Shown: positions 26,943 through 40,706 of the stretch, one piece after another
Position numbering within the stretch: the first letter of the stretch is position 1
How the letters are laid out: each line of letters starts with the position of its first letter
Assembly: GCA_951406725.2 (NCBI GenBank)
Contig: OX597823.1
Location: 31,558,001 to 31,622,000 of the forward strand
Source: Octopus vulgaris
Taxonomy: Eukaryota
Direction: 5' to 3'
DNA length: 64,000 nucleotides
Notes under the pieces: generated by a model
The model's database searches: none
What the model was told of the DNA's origin: nothing
The model's input: the letters and a program-made list of their open reading frames with translations, nothing else
Position numbers and translations under genes: made by a program

Positions 26943-27204
26943 GATAAGACAGTAAGGTGTGATTTGAGGGAGATTTGGCTCCTATTTCTACCATGTCTAG
27001 CTGCCATGTAGGGGTCTCCCTCATAGGCTCATACATACATATATACATAGATAAGACAGTAAGGTGTGATTTGGGGGAAATTTGGCTGCTATTTCTACCA
27101 GGTCTAGCTACCATGTAGAGGTCCCCCTCATTGGCTCATATATACATACATAAGACAGTAAGGTGTGATTTGAGGGAGATTTGGCTGCTGTTTCTACCAG
27201 GTCT
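26943..27204 (+). repeat. ~105-bp tandem repeat, 2.5 units
   Basis: ataagacagtaaggtgtgatttgRgggaRatttggct... at about 26944, 27051 and 27150. Confidence 0.9.
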
Positions 27205-27524
27205 GTTAGGCCTTCTCATGTAAACTCAAGCTTTCTCATGCCTTGAACATAAGACCAAAGCAGAGAATGTATTCTTTTATTCTTCTGCTTTTTCCAGCCA
27301 TTGGTCTGTGGCCATGCTGGGGCAATGCCTTGAAGAATTGTACTTTAATGAATCAACTCCAGTTTTATTTTTGTAAGCATTGTACTTATTCTATCTGTTT
27401 CCTTTGTCAAACCACTAGGTGACAGGGATGTAAACAAACCAACATTCGTTGTCAAGCAGTGGTGGAGGACAATCACAAGCACAGACACGCACACACACAC
27501 ACATACATGCATACACATATACAC

Positions 27525-27559
<35 letters not shown>

Positions 27560-27580
27560 TATATGTGTGTATATATATAT

Positions 27581-27838
27581 TGCAGCGTGGAAGGTGTTTG
27601 TAAGCCATTTAAGAAACACACAAAAACCGTCACATTCACTTCAACATTTAAATTTAATTTGCCAAAATATTTTCGTCGCTTTGAGACCGCGACCTGTTCA
27701 CTGACAAAAATATCGTGCTAACAGGTCGCGGTCTCAAAGCGACGAAAATATTTTGACAAATTAAATTTAAATGTTGAAGTGAATCTAACGGTTTTTGTGT
27801 GTTTCTTAAATGGCTTATAAACACCTTCAACGCTGCAA
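27581..27838. repeat. ~118-bp-arm inverted repeat (inverted pLTR) in (TA)n context
   Basis: tgcagcgtggaagg...gacctgtt / aacaggtc...ccttcaacgctgca. Confidence 0.92.
27658..27708 (-). ncRNA. Minimal type I hammerhead, G3-C8 core variant
   Basis: TTTGTCA-GTGAACA-G-GTCGC-ggtctcaaa-GCGAC-GAA-AATATT-T-TGGCAAA. Confidence 0.75.
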
Positions 27839-28001
27839 CTGTTTTCGTTCCAGCACACGATCTCAGATCAAGTCACTTGCTATGCAAGTACATCTCTGTA
27901 ACTATATATATATATTATATATATATATATATGTATATTGGTAAAAACAGTAAGATAACAAAAGAAAGAAAGAGAGCTCAATATTATGTAAATAGAGGAA
28001 A

Positions 28002-28393
28002 TCTTTATATATAAAAGTGAGGTTGTGTGTCTGTCTCCTACGATTTAGATTCCTAACTACTCCCACATTTTGCGGTGCAGTTTAACCAAAACCGGGTATC
28101 TTATAGTCGTGATTCATATCGAGACCGTCTGGGTATTAGCGCGCGTCTACGATGAGTCTACGATTTAAAAAAATTTACCATCAATTTTTCCCATTGTTAA
28201 TCCATTTTTGACATATATAAGGGAAGTAACTCTCTAAAATTTATTATTAAATCTCAGAACGTAAAAAGCTACAGTAACACCCCTCCCCTTTGTGGTTAGC
28301 CATATTGAGATGGCTATTATACTTTACATCTCTAAAAATGCTTATATAATTATTTCCCTTACAAACTTGAGCAACGCCGGGCGATACTGCTAG
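28002..28393 (+). mobile_element. Non-autonomous Helitron family A (variant)
   Basis: A|TC ... hairpin ... CTAG|T. Confidence 0.88.
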
Positions 28394-28660
28394 TCTCTTA
28401 TTATAAAAGGCAGATTTTATCTGCCTCCCTTTGGGAGTTATACAAATCTACAATATAGGATTTCTTCAATTACAATTTACCTAGCAATTTTAAGAGTACA
28501 ATGCATCGCGTCATGCCAGGTCCAGTTTTTAAAATTTAAACTCCAATTAAGCAAAATTTACAGAAAACTCACATTCTGGTGTGTGTGTCAAATGCTTTTC
28601 TTAGTCTGGTTTACACCACACGCAAACGCACACACACAGTGGGCAACGAATAAAGTGAAA
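28394..28660 (+). mobile_element. Helitron-like family B, 5' portion
   Basis: Again fused directly to the CTAG of family A. Confidence 0.75.
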
Positions 28661-28858
28661 CTAGATGTAATATTTGTTTCTCTCTATCACGCTGATAGAT
28701 ACATGAGTAAAATGTATGGGAAGCTAACACATAAGTGTGAGTGAAAATGTTCTTGGAAGAGAGTAAATAGCCAGAGATAGTGATTTGAGGAAGACTTTAC
28801 TTAAATAACCGTAGTGGCTTGTGTTAGTAATAAAGTAAACATACACTCATACATACAT

Positions 28859-28893
<35 letters not shown>

Positions 28894-29215
28894 TACATAC
28901 ATACACACACACACATACATACACACATACACACATACATACATATACATACATACATATACATACATACATACACACACACATACACACACACAGTATT
29001 GAAGCTTGAGAACAATCAGATACATTTGCAACACATCTGTTGAAAATATTATTGTTCACACACATACATATACATATATACATACAGACAGACAGACAGA
29101 TAGACACACACACACACACACATGATCCAGCATGGCCACAACCTCAAGGCTGAAACATATAAAAGAATAACAGAATATAAATGTGTGCATGTGTGTGAGA
29201 GAGAGAGTGTGTGTG

Positions 29216-29247
<32 letters not shown>

Positions 29248-29267
29248 TGTATGTATGTATGTATGTA

Positions 29268-29700
29268 TAATAATGCGGTTTTTTCAACAGCTTGAACTAA
29301 AAGTCAGAGGGGAATGGGATAAACTACTTATATTAACTTGCTATAAAAGCAGGTAGTAATTTTATCTTGTCCTTATTCATAGTGCAAGTTTTGAAGAGTG
29401 CATTTCGATTTTAACAGCTATTTATTTCAAAGCTATATTGGAACAGCCTAGAAGACGAGCCTCATCCTGAAAGATCTGTAGAACTCGACAAGGACATCCT
29501 GAAAACCCTGGTGGAACAAAATCTCCTCGTAACTGTTGAGGAACTAGCAGAGAAGCTTGGATTTGGTCATTCAACCATTCATTGAGACCTGTGTGCTATC
29601 GGAAAAGTCAGCAAATTGGGTCAATGGGTTCCTCACGAACTTTCCGAGTCTAATTGCATGCAGAGAGTGAATGTATGCTTTTCTTTGCTGTCACATCTCA
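29268..29700 (+). mobile_element. Internally deleted, truncated copy of the mariner at 1854-3130
   Basis: 5' UTR joined to SLEDEP...VEQNLLVTVEELAEKLGFGHSTIH...GQWVPHEL. Confidence 0.88.
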
Positions 29701-29720
29701 CCACTACTGCGCTATGTATA

Positions 29721-30286
29721 TCTATATATATAAAACTGTCGTTGTGTGAGTGTCTGTCCCCTTCGATTTAGATTCCTAACTACTCCCACATTTTGCGGTG
29801 CAGTTTAACCAAATTTTAAAAATAATTTAACATCATTTTTTTATTCCGTTTTAATACATAATTTTTCGTGTGTCGATGGCGGCGGAGTTGGCGTCCACGC
29901 TCACACCTGCACCTGTGGGGAAGGGAGTGTAAGGAAATCAACGTCGTAATGCGTTGTCAAGGAGACCAGCGTTCTTTTAGAACAACGACTTCATGGCTTG
30001 AAGACACCATAACAGAAATGGCTAAGAAAGCGTCTACATGAGTCTACGATTTAAAAAAAAATTTACCATCGTTTTTTTTTCCATTTTAATGCATTTTTTC
30101 GCTATTATATAAGGGAAGTAACTCTCTGAAAATGTCTACGATGAGTCAACGATTTTTCAAAAAATTTACCATCATATTTTTTCCATTTTTAATGCATTTT
30201 TTGCTATTTTTTGGCTATAACTCTCTAAAAATGCTTATATAGTTATTTCCCTTACAAACCCGAGCAACGCCGGGCGATACTGCTAG
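29721..30286 (+). mobile_element. Helitron family A variant with ~200-bp foreign internal segment
   Basis: Family A ends; 29860-30030 is absent from the other A copies. Confidence 0.85.
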
Positions 30287-30647
30287 TATATATATAAACG
30301 GCAAAATGTCTGTCTGTCTGTGTGTGTGCGTGTCCTTTATACAAATCCACATTTTTTCAGTTAGAGGGCTCGCACTTCCTATGGTCATTCAAAACCGGCC
30401 AAGGGTGGTCGTGCACATCTTTACATTTCGCCAGTCACCCCGCAAAGCCATTAGAAGTGACTTTTTTGTGAATTTTCTATCCAAAACCCAATCAAAATTC
30501 CCGAAACTTGATACGCCAATTGAATGCCAGCTAGCTGTATGTGATTAGTCGGAGATTTGGACAGTACTCGCGTGTTTGTGAGCACGCGCGCAGATGTATA
30601 TGCATGCACTAGCACTATGACCTGGCGTTGCCGGGTCATAGTGCTAG
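30287..30647 (+). mobile_element. Non-autonomous Helitron family C
   Basis: tatatatataaacgg...(GTCT)n start; terminal hairpin and CTAG|T. Confidence 0.7.
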
Positions 30648-30709
30648 TTTTATTATAAAATGCAGATAACAAATGACAAAAGTTCAGATATTGTTATATC
30701 AGACTTTTT

Positions 30710-30865
30710 AATTGCCCCGTTCTACCTATGCTCTTAAACGCAAGTGAGACCTGGGCTGTTATGAAGAGGATAGAACATCGATTGGCTAGGACGCAAAGGG
30801 ATATAGAAAGATCCATGCTCGGCATATTATTACGAAAGCATATTCGAAATGAGAATATCAACGGA
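30710..30865 (+). mobile_element. RTE-clade LINE fragment
   Basis: CPVLPMLLNASETWAVMKRIEHRLARTQRDIERSMLGI..RKHIRNE. Confidence 0.75.
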
Positions 30866-31308
30866 GCCGATTAAACGAGGTGATGGCAGAGTTCCAAACC
30901 ATAACCTAAAGATATCTAAAGGGAGTAATTCAGTTCTCTGATCTTTTGTAGTTATGGCGTCCTCAGAAAGACATTGTCGGCGCACATCTACAAGGACTTC
31001 GGAATGACTAAACGATATGGTTATTGGTTTAAAAAAAGTAGTTGATATTTTGCACTTTAGTACCTGTTTTTCATTCTGAAGAGAGCCATGAGAAATTTTC
31101 CAGTGTCGTTATTTATTACTCAATCAGCGAAATATTTTCACACGAAAACTCTATTGTCTTAGTGGTTCCTGTATCTTCGTAGCTGAGATTTTTTGTTGAG
31201 CAGAGGATATTAAGTACACACACACACACACACATTATGTGATTATAATCCTCTATCCCTTTATTCTCTCATTCGTTTCAGCCATGCGGCTGCGGTCATG
31301 CGAATATA

Positions 31309-31360
<52 letters not shown>

Positions 31361-31622
31361 TACATATATACATACACACATACACACACACATGTGCATA
31401 TATGTTTTTATCTCTCTCAATATGTGTGTGTATGCTCGCGCGTGATATTCTTATGTTTAATTATAACTAAAACAATTTTACGGCAATCTGAGGGGTTTAT
31501 ATATATAATTAATTAATTAATCTAAAACAACGAAGAAAGACGCAACATACATGTATGTATGTATGTATGTATGTATGTATGTATGTACACGTAAATGCGC
31601 AAAGACACTCAGATAGATAGAC

Positions 31623-31714
<92 letters not shown>

Positions 31715-31827
31715 TATTAAAAGCGAATGTTTATCTCGTGACTCACGCCACTTTGATCTTAACAATATGTATTGAGCTCTCCTCACTCACAAGTTCGACA
31801 CAATTCAACGTTAATATATATATATAT

Positions 31828-31880
<53 letters not shown>

Positions 31881-32806
31881 CATATACATATACACATACA
31901 TTCATACATACACAAATATATATATGTATATATATGTATATGCAAACATATACATATGCTAAACATATACACATACATATATATATATATGTATGTATGT
32001 GCTTAATATGTGATATGTGCGCGTGTGTCAATGTTTTGCGCCCTCCCCTCTTCAGCGAAACATAAGGAATAAACAATAATAAAAAAGAACAAAAATTATA
32101 ATAAGTTATAATACAACAAAATAATAATTGATAAAAAATGTTACGTAAATACTTTTGGTTTATATTAGTTACATTACAATTAAATAGAAAACTAGATTGT
32201 CTCGAATCTACAAACGTCTGTGTAAACAATAAATATGTTTAAGTTATGAGACGTAAATTAAGATTAATTTTTTAAAAAATAAGATAGCTATTAAATATGG
32301 CAATGAAGAATTTTGAAACGAGGAGATATATGCAGCGGTAGAAACAATGCAACGAGTTTGTTTACAGAAATATTGATTCTGGAATAAGAACAAAAAGAGA
32401 TCTGTCTGAGTTTGAAACAGCGGTAACAGTGTCAATATTTACGAATTACAGACTCCGTCTACATTGCTACTACGAGTAAAAGGAAGAGGTCAGTGAATTT
32501 AAGGTGTTGATTTACAATAAATAATATTTAAACAATACACTCACACACACACATACATGCTCCCACACACGCGCGTGTGCGCTTTCACATACACATACAC
32601 ACACACACACATTGTAACTTCCCCGAAGAACTGTGCAGCCACTGTCAAAACTTTCAGACTGCTTGACCAATGTGTATGTATGTATGCATGTTTGTTTGTA
32701 TGTATGAATGCATGTATGTATGTATGTATGTATGTATGTATGTATGTATGTATTTATGTATGTATGTATGCGTGTATATATATATATATATAATACATAT
32801 GTATGC

Positions 32807-32889
<83 letters not shown>

Positions 32890-32925
32890 CACGCGCATAC
32901 ATACATACATACATACATACATACA

Positions 32926-32956
<31 letters not shown>

Positions 32957-33219
32957 TACAAGTTCGGGTTTATACCTGTAATTACTGGAGCCCTAGGATA
33001 TGTAACACACTGCCTTAATACCAATCTTGAGAAATTAGGCTTCTCAAAACCAGAAAGGAGAAAGCTAATTCGAAGACTATAGATCGAAGCCATCACTGGA
33101 ACTATAACAATCTGTAAAACTGTCCAGAAGTTTATTGTTTAAATATATATGAGCGTGTCTAGATATGGAACTACATACATGAGAATACATACATAAAGCA
33201 AAACATACAAATCTGCACA

Positions 33220-33220
<1 letters not shown>
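32957..33220 (+). mobile_element. 3' end of RLE-type non-LTR retrotransposon embedded in (CATA)n
   Basis: [16 protein letters not shown]...KLIRRL*IEAITGTITICKT; (CATA)n on both sides. Confidence 0.75.
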
Positions 33221-33250
<30 letters not shown>

Positions 33251-33750
33251 CATACATACATACATACATACATACATACATACATACATTGGTCAGTCTC
33301 AGAGAGTTTTACCTGAGAGTTTATTTATATAATCAAATTCAAGAGAGGTGAGAGGTGAAAAATATTTATTGCGTATGTTTACATTTGTTTCATAATCTGT
33401 ACCCAGTTACACCATTGACGTTAAAATGGCCCTACACACATATAGATGTACACTTAAAGTTGTGTGGTAAACATAACGAGCAGGATTTCTCTTGAGAACA
33501 TTTTATGGAGATACAACATTTAATTCTGTCGAATGACGCTGCGTCGACTCAATTTCTACGATTGACATGATTAGAAGGAAAGAGAGAATCCTTTTATTTC
33601 TCTACCTTTTAGTTTTCAGAAATGACAATTATGGAAACATTAACATGAGTATATAAAATGAAAATAAATAGAATAGAATAAGTGGCTGACTAATTACTTA
33701 ATATAAATATATATATACACTTACACATACACACACACACATATATATAT

Positions 33751-33834
<84 letters not shown>

Positions 33835-33897
33835 TCTGGTATTTGAGTACCCTTTTTCTCACCTTTTTTCACATTTATCTGCTTACTCCGGTGTGTG

Positions 33898-33932
<35 letters not shown>

Positions 33933-33964
33933 GCATATATATATACATACATGTACATGCTTAC

Positions 33965-34062
33965 ATATATATGTATATAGACATGCATATATAGGTACAG
34001 GACGTCAAAAAACGTGAGCAAAATGACGTCTTGTACCCATATATGCATGTATATATGCATAT
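33965..34062. repeat. Short inverted repeat of the terminal sequence of the 55-kb element
   Basis: catgcatatataggtacaggacgtca / tgacgtcttgtacccatatatgcatg; same as 55172-55200. Confidence 0.75.
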
Positions 34063-35078
34063 ATATATATCATTTATATTATTATATGATCGAACGCCAC
34101 GCATCCATTTCCAAGCATACATACATACATACATACATACATACATACATACATACATACATACATACATACACACACAAATATATATATATATACACAT
34201 ACATATCTACATATATATTTATACACACACATATGTATGTGTTTGGAATAAAATGTTATATATATGTATGTATATGTATGGCTACATGTGTATGCATACG
34301 TATGTGTATGTAAGTGTGTGGGAGTGTTTGTCTTTCTGTGTTTCACTGGTGATGCTTATGTATGTGGTATTCACATTTAGGGTCATCACTAATGATATTT
34401 GTAGGCCGAGGGACGTAACCAGATGAACCACTAAAAGAACGCACTCAGATCTAAGACCAAGACAAGCAAATTTAAGAGGAGAGGAGTCTGTCGACACCAT
34501 CGACCTCAGTACTTGACTGGAACTTTATTTTATCGACCCCTGAAGGAGGAAAGGTAATTTGACCTCCCCGTTGAAAAAATTAAAAATCTAAAATTAAATT
34601 GGGAAAAATACAAACATGAAATTCTGAATATAAAATATTTAAAAATCGAAACCTAAATGCAAACGTATGGAGGTGAAGGAGTGCTTCGTACCTTCTAATT
34701 TAATTTCAGTCGTTCAGTGCAGTTTGAAAGACAGAGAAGAGACAAAATTTGGGCTTTTATAATAAGAGTTCAAATAAATAAGTAAATCGCTTTTCAGAAA
34801 GCAGCCAATAAAAATATAAATATTGTATTGCACGAATGTGATGATTTATTTTCATATTGAAATTTTATGTCAAAAAAATATGTGAATTTTAATGAACGCT
34901 GAGGACAGTGTTTATTCCTTGTCTCATTGACGATTAATAACATTCCATATATTTCTTCATTTATATCTTTCTATATTTTAATCACAACTGTCTTTAATTC
35001 AGTGATTCTTCCGCCTTAATTTAATCTTTAAATCTGCACCAGAGTTTGTAATAGAGTCGAAATCAGATGATTGGGTGA

Positions 35079-35157
<79 letters not shown>

Positions 35158-35442
35158 GAGTGTGAAATAATGATTTTGAGTTAAACGAGGTACGCTTTGT
35201 GTCATTATACTGATGGAATTTAAACGTCCTTAACTTAAACTTTGCTAATTTTAAAAGAAGCAATGACCAGGTTTTTAAGTTTGCAATTCTCCCCTCCGCA
35301 TCTAACTTCTTTCATCACCTTTGTAAAATGAAAAATTCATTGCATCGCTACATACAACATACTTCTAGTATCAGAAATGTAACGAAGAAAAGCAAAAATT
35401 AAAAGGTAACAAAGGAGAAGCAAGTTTTAACAAATTAGTTGT

Positions 35443-35828
<386 letters not shown>

Positions 35829-35950
35829 GAAATATTGTATGAATATGGTTTTATAGCTAATTTTCTTATGAATAAGAAAACTTAATTCCTGTAAAAATTT
35901 AAAATGGTTGACAGTTACTGCATACTTCTACATTCATACATCTCTTCCAC

Positions 35951-36021
35951 GGGCATATCGCGTGGTGGTTAAGAGCGCCGGCTACTAACCCCAAGATTCC
36001 AAATTCGATTCCAGAGAGTGA

Positions 36022-36103
<82 letters not shown>

Positions 36104-36130
36104 AAGAAGAAGAAGAAGAAGAAGAAGAAG

Positions 36131-36164
<34 letters not shown>

Positions 36165-36333
36165 TTAAAAATACCTTGGGAATGAAAACCCAGGTTCGAA
36201 ATTTCTCCAAGACACCTGATGAAGGCTGGAGGGTACAACAGTCGAAACGTTGTGTTAACAAACAAGATAAGGACAAATATCCGTCAATTGTAAATAATGT
36301 ACATAATTCCTCATCTCTTAAATATAGAACTGT
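35951..36333 (+). mobile_element. tRNA-Ile-like head + (TAA)(GAA)(CAA) + HHR composite element (family H1)
   Basis: GGTTAAGAGCGCCGGCTACTAACCCCAAGATTCC..TTCGATTCC head; HHR tail ending aaatatagaactgta. Confidence 0.85.
36211..36256 (+). ncRNA. Minimal type I hammerhead (Penelope-type)
   Basis: GACAC-CTGATGA-A-GGCTG-loop-CAGTC-GAA-ACGT-T-GTGTT. Confidence 0.85.
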
Positions 36334-36383
36334 ATTGGTTGTATTAGTTTAACGCTTAAAAGAAGGGTGGGGTGGGAAAAGAA

Positions 36384-36419
36384 TCCTAACGTTTCGGACG
36401 TTAGTCTTTCATTGGAAGA
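36384..36419 (-). ncRNA. Degenerate hammerhead, family H2
   Basis: TCTT-CCAATGA-A-AGAC-taac-GTCC-GAA-ACGT-T-AGGA. Confidence 0.5.
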
Positions 36420-37914
36420 AAAGCAAAAGAGAAATGAGAAAAAGAGAAATGGTTCAGAAAGAAAGGAAAAAAGCGGGATAGAAGTTAAGAACCAGATGAG
36501 AAAGCGGTTCTGGGGGACAGTTGAGAAGGGAAGAGGGATCGGGGCTGCATGCATAAGGGGACGTGGCTGCACGCAAAACACGTAGATCCGTGTTTTGAAA
36601 GAGGGATAGAATGAGAGGAATTGTTGGATGCGTACCTTTCGGTGGGAGAGATGTATCAATGTAGAAGTATGCAGTATCTATCTATCAGCTATTTTCAATT
36701 TTTATAGGAATTAAGTTTTCGTAAGAAAATAAGCTATAAATCCATATTCATACAATATTTCGGTTATGGCTTATTCAGTAACATGTTTTTGTATAAAACT
36801 GTAAATGTACAATATTTCATTTAGGATTATTTTTTATAATTCTCAGTAAAACTGAATTATCACTACGGAAAATATTAATATCACTGTAGGATAATTTAAA
36901 GGTCGTCTAGAACAGAAACTTATTATAATGCAAATATGTGTATATTTTTAAAACTTTAACCATGCTCATATTAATTGTGGCTATAGGAATGTTTGTTGTC
37001 AGTAATTTAAGGTTCATAGCGGCATTTCTACACCAGATCCACCTGGATTATTAAATTTAGACTGTTGCTTATATATAAATAATAGTTTTTCTTACGTTTT
37101 TCCTTTCTGACAAAACTTAAGAAAAAAAAAGACCTTTTTAATATACGAAAAATTTTAATATATTTTGGATTTTTATTTCAGAACAATTTCCTCCAGTAAC
37201 TGAAAGAAATTCATAAATTTTCATTCAGTTTGCTTTTTTTTTTTTTTTTTACTTCACTTACTAACATTTAATGCAAATAAGAGAGATGGACTTTGTCGCA
37301 TTGAAGATGAAATGACGGTATGTTTGTATGATTATCTCAAATATACGTCTAAAGAGAAAATGTCGCCAAAAGACATCGAACTCAGGTTTGTCATTGATAA
37401 CTATGCTTCATTTATTGAGAAAGAAGTAAGCACTTCATAAGTTTATGATGTTTAAAATGAAATCTATTTATAGGTAAATATAAAAAATTCAGGGTGAATA
37501 TTTGATAACTGTAAGCACCTGTATATGCCAGTTAGTGGTGTAGGTGATAGGGTATATTTATAAAAAGAAAAACAGGATGCAAAGGATTTAGCGGTACATA
37601 TGTTTCCGGCTTTATTGGACAGTTTATATCAATGCATAATTGATGTAACATGTATGTCAATAGCCTTCTTCAGCCGCGCACAATTACCACACCAAAGACA
37701 TGTATTACATTATAGCAGGTTTGAGAAGAAGTTTGGGAAAAAGACGACTTTCGTTGGGAATGCAAATCCTCATAGTCGTATATGGCAAAGCGGGACACCG
37801 AAACAAAACGTCCATACCGTTCTTTCACTCGATTCTTAATAAAACTTCTTTTAAAACTTCATACACGAAATGCGGCAAGATGATTTTTTTTTATTTGATC
37901 AAAAACATAATAAT

Positions 37915-38381
37915 GGTTCTCTATTGTTTTGGTACCAGTGATTTTGAGAGGGAAAGACAAGTCGATTACATCGAACCCCCCCCCCCCCCTGCTACGAACT
38001 TTATATTATCGACTCCGAAAGGATGAAAGGCAAAACTGACCTCGATGCGAATTAAATTTTGATCGTAATGAAGCGGATCAAATTCTGCAAAGCATTTTGT
38101 TCGTCGCGCTAACGATCACGCCAGGTCACCGCCTTAACAACAACAACAACAATAATAATGGTTTCAGATTTTGGCACAAGGTCTGAAATTTAGTGGAAGG
38201 TGACTAATCGATAACATCGATCCTAGTGTTTCACTGGTATTTAATTTCTCGACTCAGGATGAAAGGCAAAGTCGACCTCAGCGGAATTTGAACTCAGAAC
38301 GGACGAAATGTCGCTAAGAATTTCGCCCGGCGTGCTAACGATTCTGCCAGTTCACCACCTTAATTATAATAATAATAATAA

Positions 38382-38445
<64 letters not shown>

Positions 38446-38552
38446 GTGCCTGGTGTACCTTTATCAGACGGGTAGTCATGATGGGTATATTGGGCTTCGT
38501 ATATTTTACCCCAGTGTCACTTTGATGGCATGAACTGCTCTCTCACTCAATG

Positions 38553-38587
<35 letters not shown>

Positions 38588-38798
38588 CATTTCTACTAAA
38601 GACACAAGGCCTGAAATTTCTATGGAGGGAACTAATCGATTACATTGACCACAGCGTTTCACTGGCACTTAATTAATCGACCCCTGAAAGGATGAAATGC
38701 TCAGTCAACCTCGGCAGAATTTGAACTCAGAACGTAGCGATGAGCGAAATACCACTAAGCATTTTGTTCAGCGTGCTAACGATTCTGCCAGTTCGCCA
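37915..38798 (-). mobile_element. Three SINE S2 copies (37915-38134, 38160-38360, 38589-38798) separated by (TAA)n
   Basis: Repeated aaggatgaaaggcaaagtcgacc...aatttgaactcagaacg...gctaacgattctgccag. Confidence 0.85.
38446..38550 (+). mobile_element. ~105-bp element embedded in (TAA)n; second copy at 49869-49972
   Basis: gtgcctggtgtacc...ctctcactcaat near-identical in both. Confidence 0.8.
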
Positions 38799-39559
38799 AT
38801 AATATACAAATCCACATCAATCTGGTTGTCATAACATATTTATTACTGGAGATTAATGTGTTAACATACAAGGTTAATTGAAGAAAAGCTTGTAACATTA
38901 CATGAATATATTCTGTTTGCAATCACATATCTCCAAGTAAGTGAGGCGAACGTGCGAGCGAGTGTGTATATGCGGCGGCACGATCCAATACATGTCGAAG
39001 ACTCAACAGGCACTGAATGGCGCGAATTTAGCAATTCCTTCCTTTATATAAGGAATGAACCGGAAGCTCGAGGGAAATTACTCTCGTTAAATCCCTTTTC
39101 AGTTTTGCTTCCTAACGTGTCCGCCAGGGTTCACTACAGGTGAATGCATCGACAATTCAACCACATATTTACAAACAGGCGGGAATTCTCTTAACTCAAA
39201 CACTCTTGTCACTTTGTTGGCGACCGGCTTGAACTCTCAAGAACTTGAATTAAGCTCAAAGAAAAATCATACATATACATACATACATACATACATACAT
39301 ACATACACATACAAACACACACACACACACATACATACATACATACATACACACACACATACATACATACATACATACATACATACATACATACATGCAT
39401 ACATACACACACACACGTGTGTATGTATACGTTTGGTAATATATGAATGTATCTAGAGATGAATACACGTAACATTGCAGCAATTAATGGATAATATATA
39501 TGCGTGTGTGTGTGTGTGTGTGTGTGCGTACGTGTGTGCCCGTGTGTGTGTATGATGAG

Positions 39560-39837
<278 letters not shown>

Positions 39838-40253
39838 GCTTTTGTGTTTGTGTTTGGCTTCCCCTTGCCTGACAATCAGTATTGGTTTGCCTACATTTGC
39901 GTAACTTAGCCGTCCAGCAAAAGAAAACTAATAAACAATAAGTGTCATGCTTAAATAAGTAGCAGGGGTAGATTTGTTCGGCTGACCCTACAAGGCAGTG
40001 CTCCAGCATGGCTACAATCAAATGACTAACACAAGTAAAAGGAGTAAAAAACTAACAGAAATTATTTTAATCGAACCAGAATCTTGGTTTTGTACAGAGC
40101 TTCTTACACAATACGAGTAATCGGATTGTCCGCCTTGTCTTTCTTGTCTTTCTTCCTCTTTAGGTATTTGGCACGGACCAGAGTTTTGCGATAGAGTTTT
40201 ACGGAAATTACCAAAGGACTTATATAACAAAATTATATTAATTATATTATATA

Positions 40254-40402
40254 GGCGTAGGAGTGGCTGTGTGGTAAGTAGCTTGCTTACGAACCACATG
40301 GTTCCGGGTTCAGTCGTACTGCGTGGCATCTTGGGCAGCCTCGGGCCGACCAAAGTCTTGTGAGTGGATTTGGTAGACTGGTAAACTGAAAGAAGCCCGT
40401 CG

Positions 40403-40470
<68 letters not shown>

Positions 40471-40706
40471 TGTGTGTATATGTTTGTGTGTCTGTGTTTG
40501 TCTCCTAACATCGCTTGACAACCGATGCTGGTGTGTTTACATCCCCGTAACCTGGCGGTTCGGCAAAAGAGTCCGATAGAATAAGTACTAGGCTCACAAA
40601 GAATAAGTCCTGGGGTCGATTTGCTCGACTAAGGGCGGTGCTCCAGCATGGCCACAGTTAAACTACTGAAACAAGTAAAAGAGTAAAAGAGTAAAAAGAG
40701 AGTAAA
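40254..40706 (+). mobile_element. SINE family S1, full length
   Basis: Head, internal (TG)n, tail with (GAGTAAAA)n. Confidence 0.93.

Noticed and set aside
26943-27204. Repeat-spacer-like array (CRISPR?)
   Set aside because: Whole ~105-bp units repeat, no unique spacers, eukaryotic context, no cas genes
37489-37860. Possible Tc1-like remnant
   Set aside because: Too decayed; no convincing DDE motif or paired TIR
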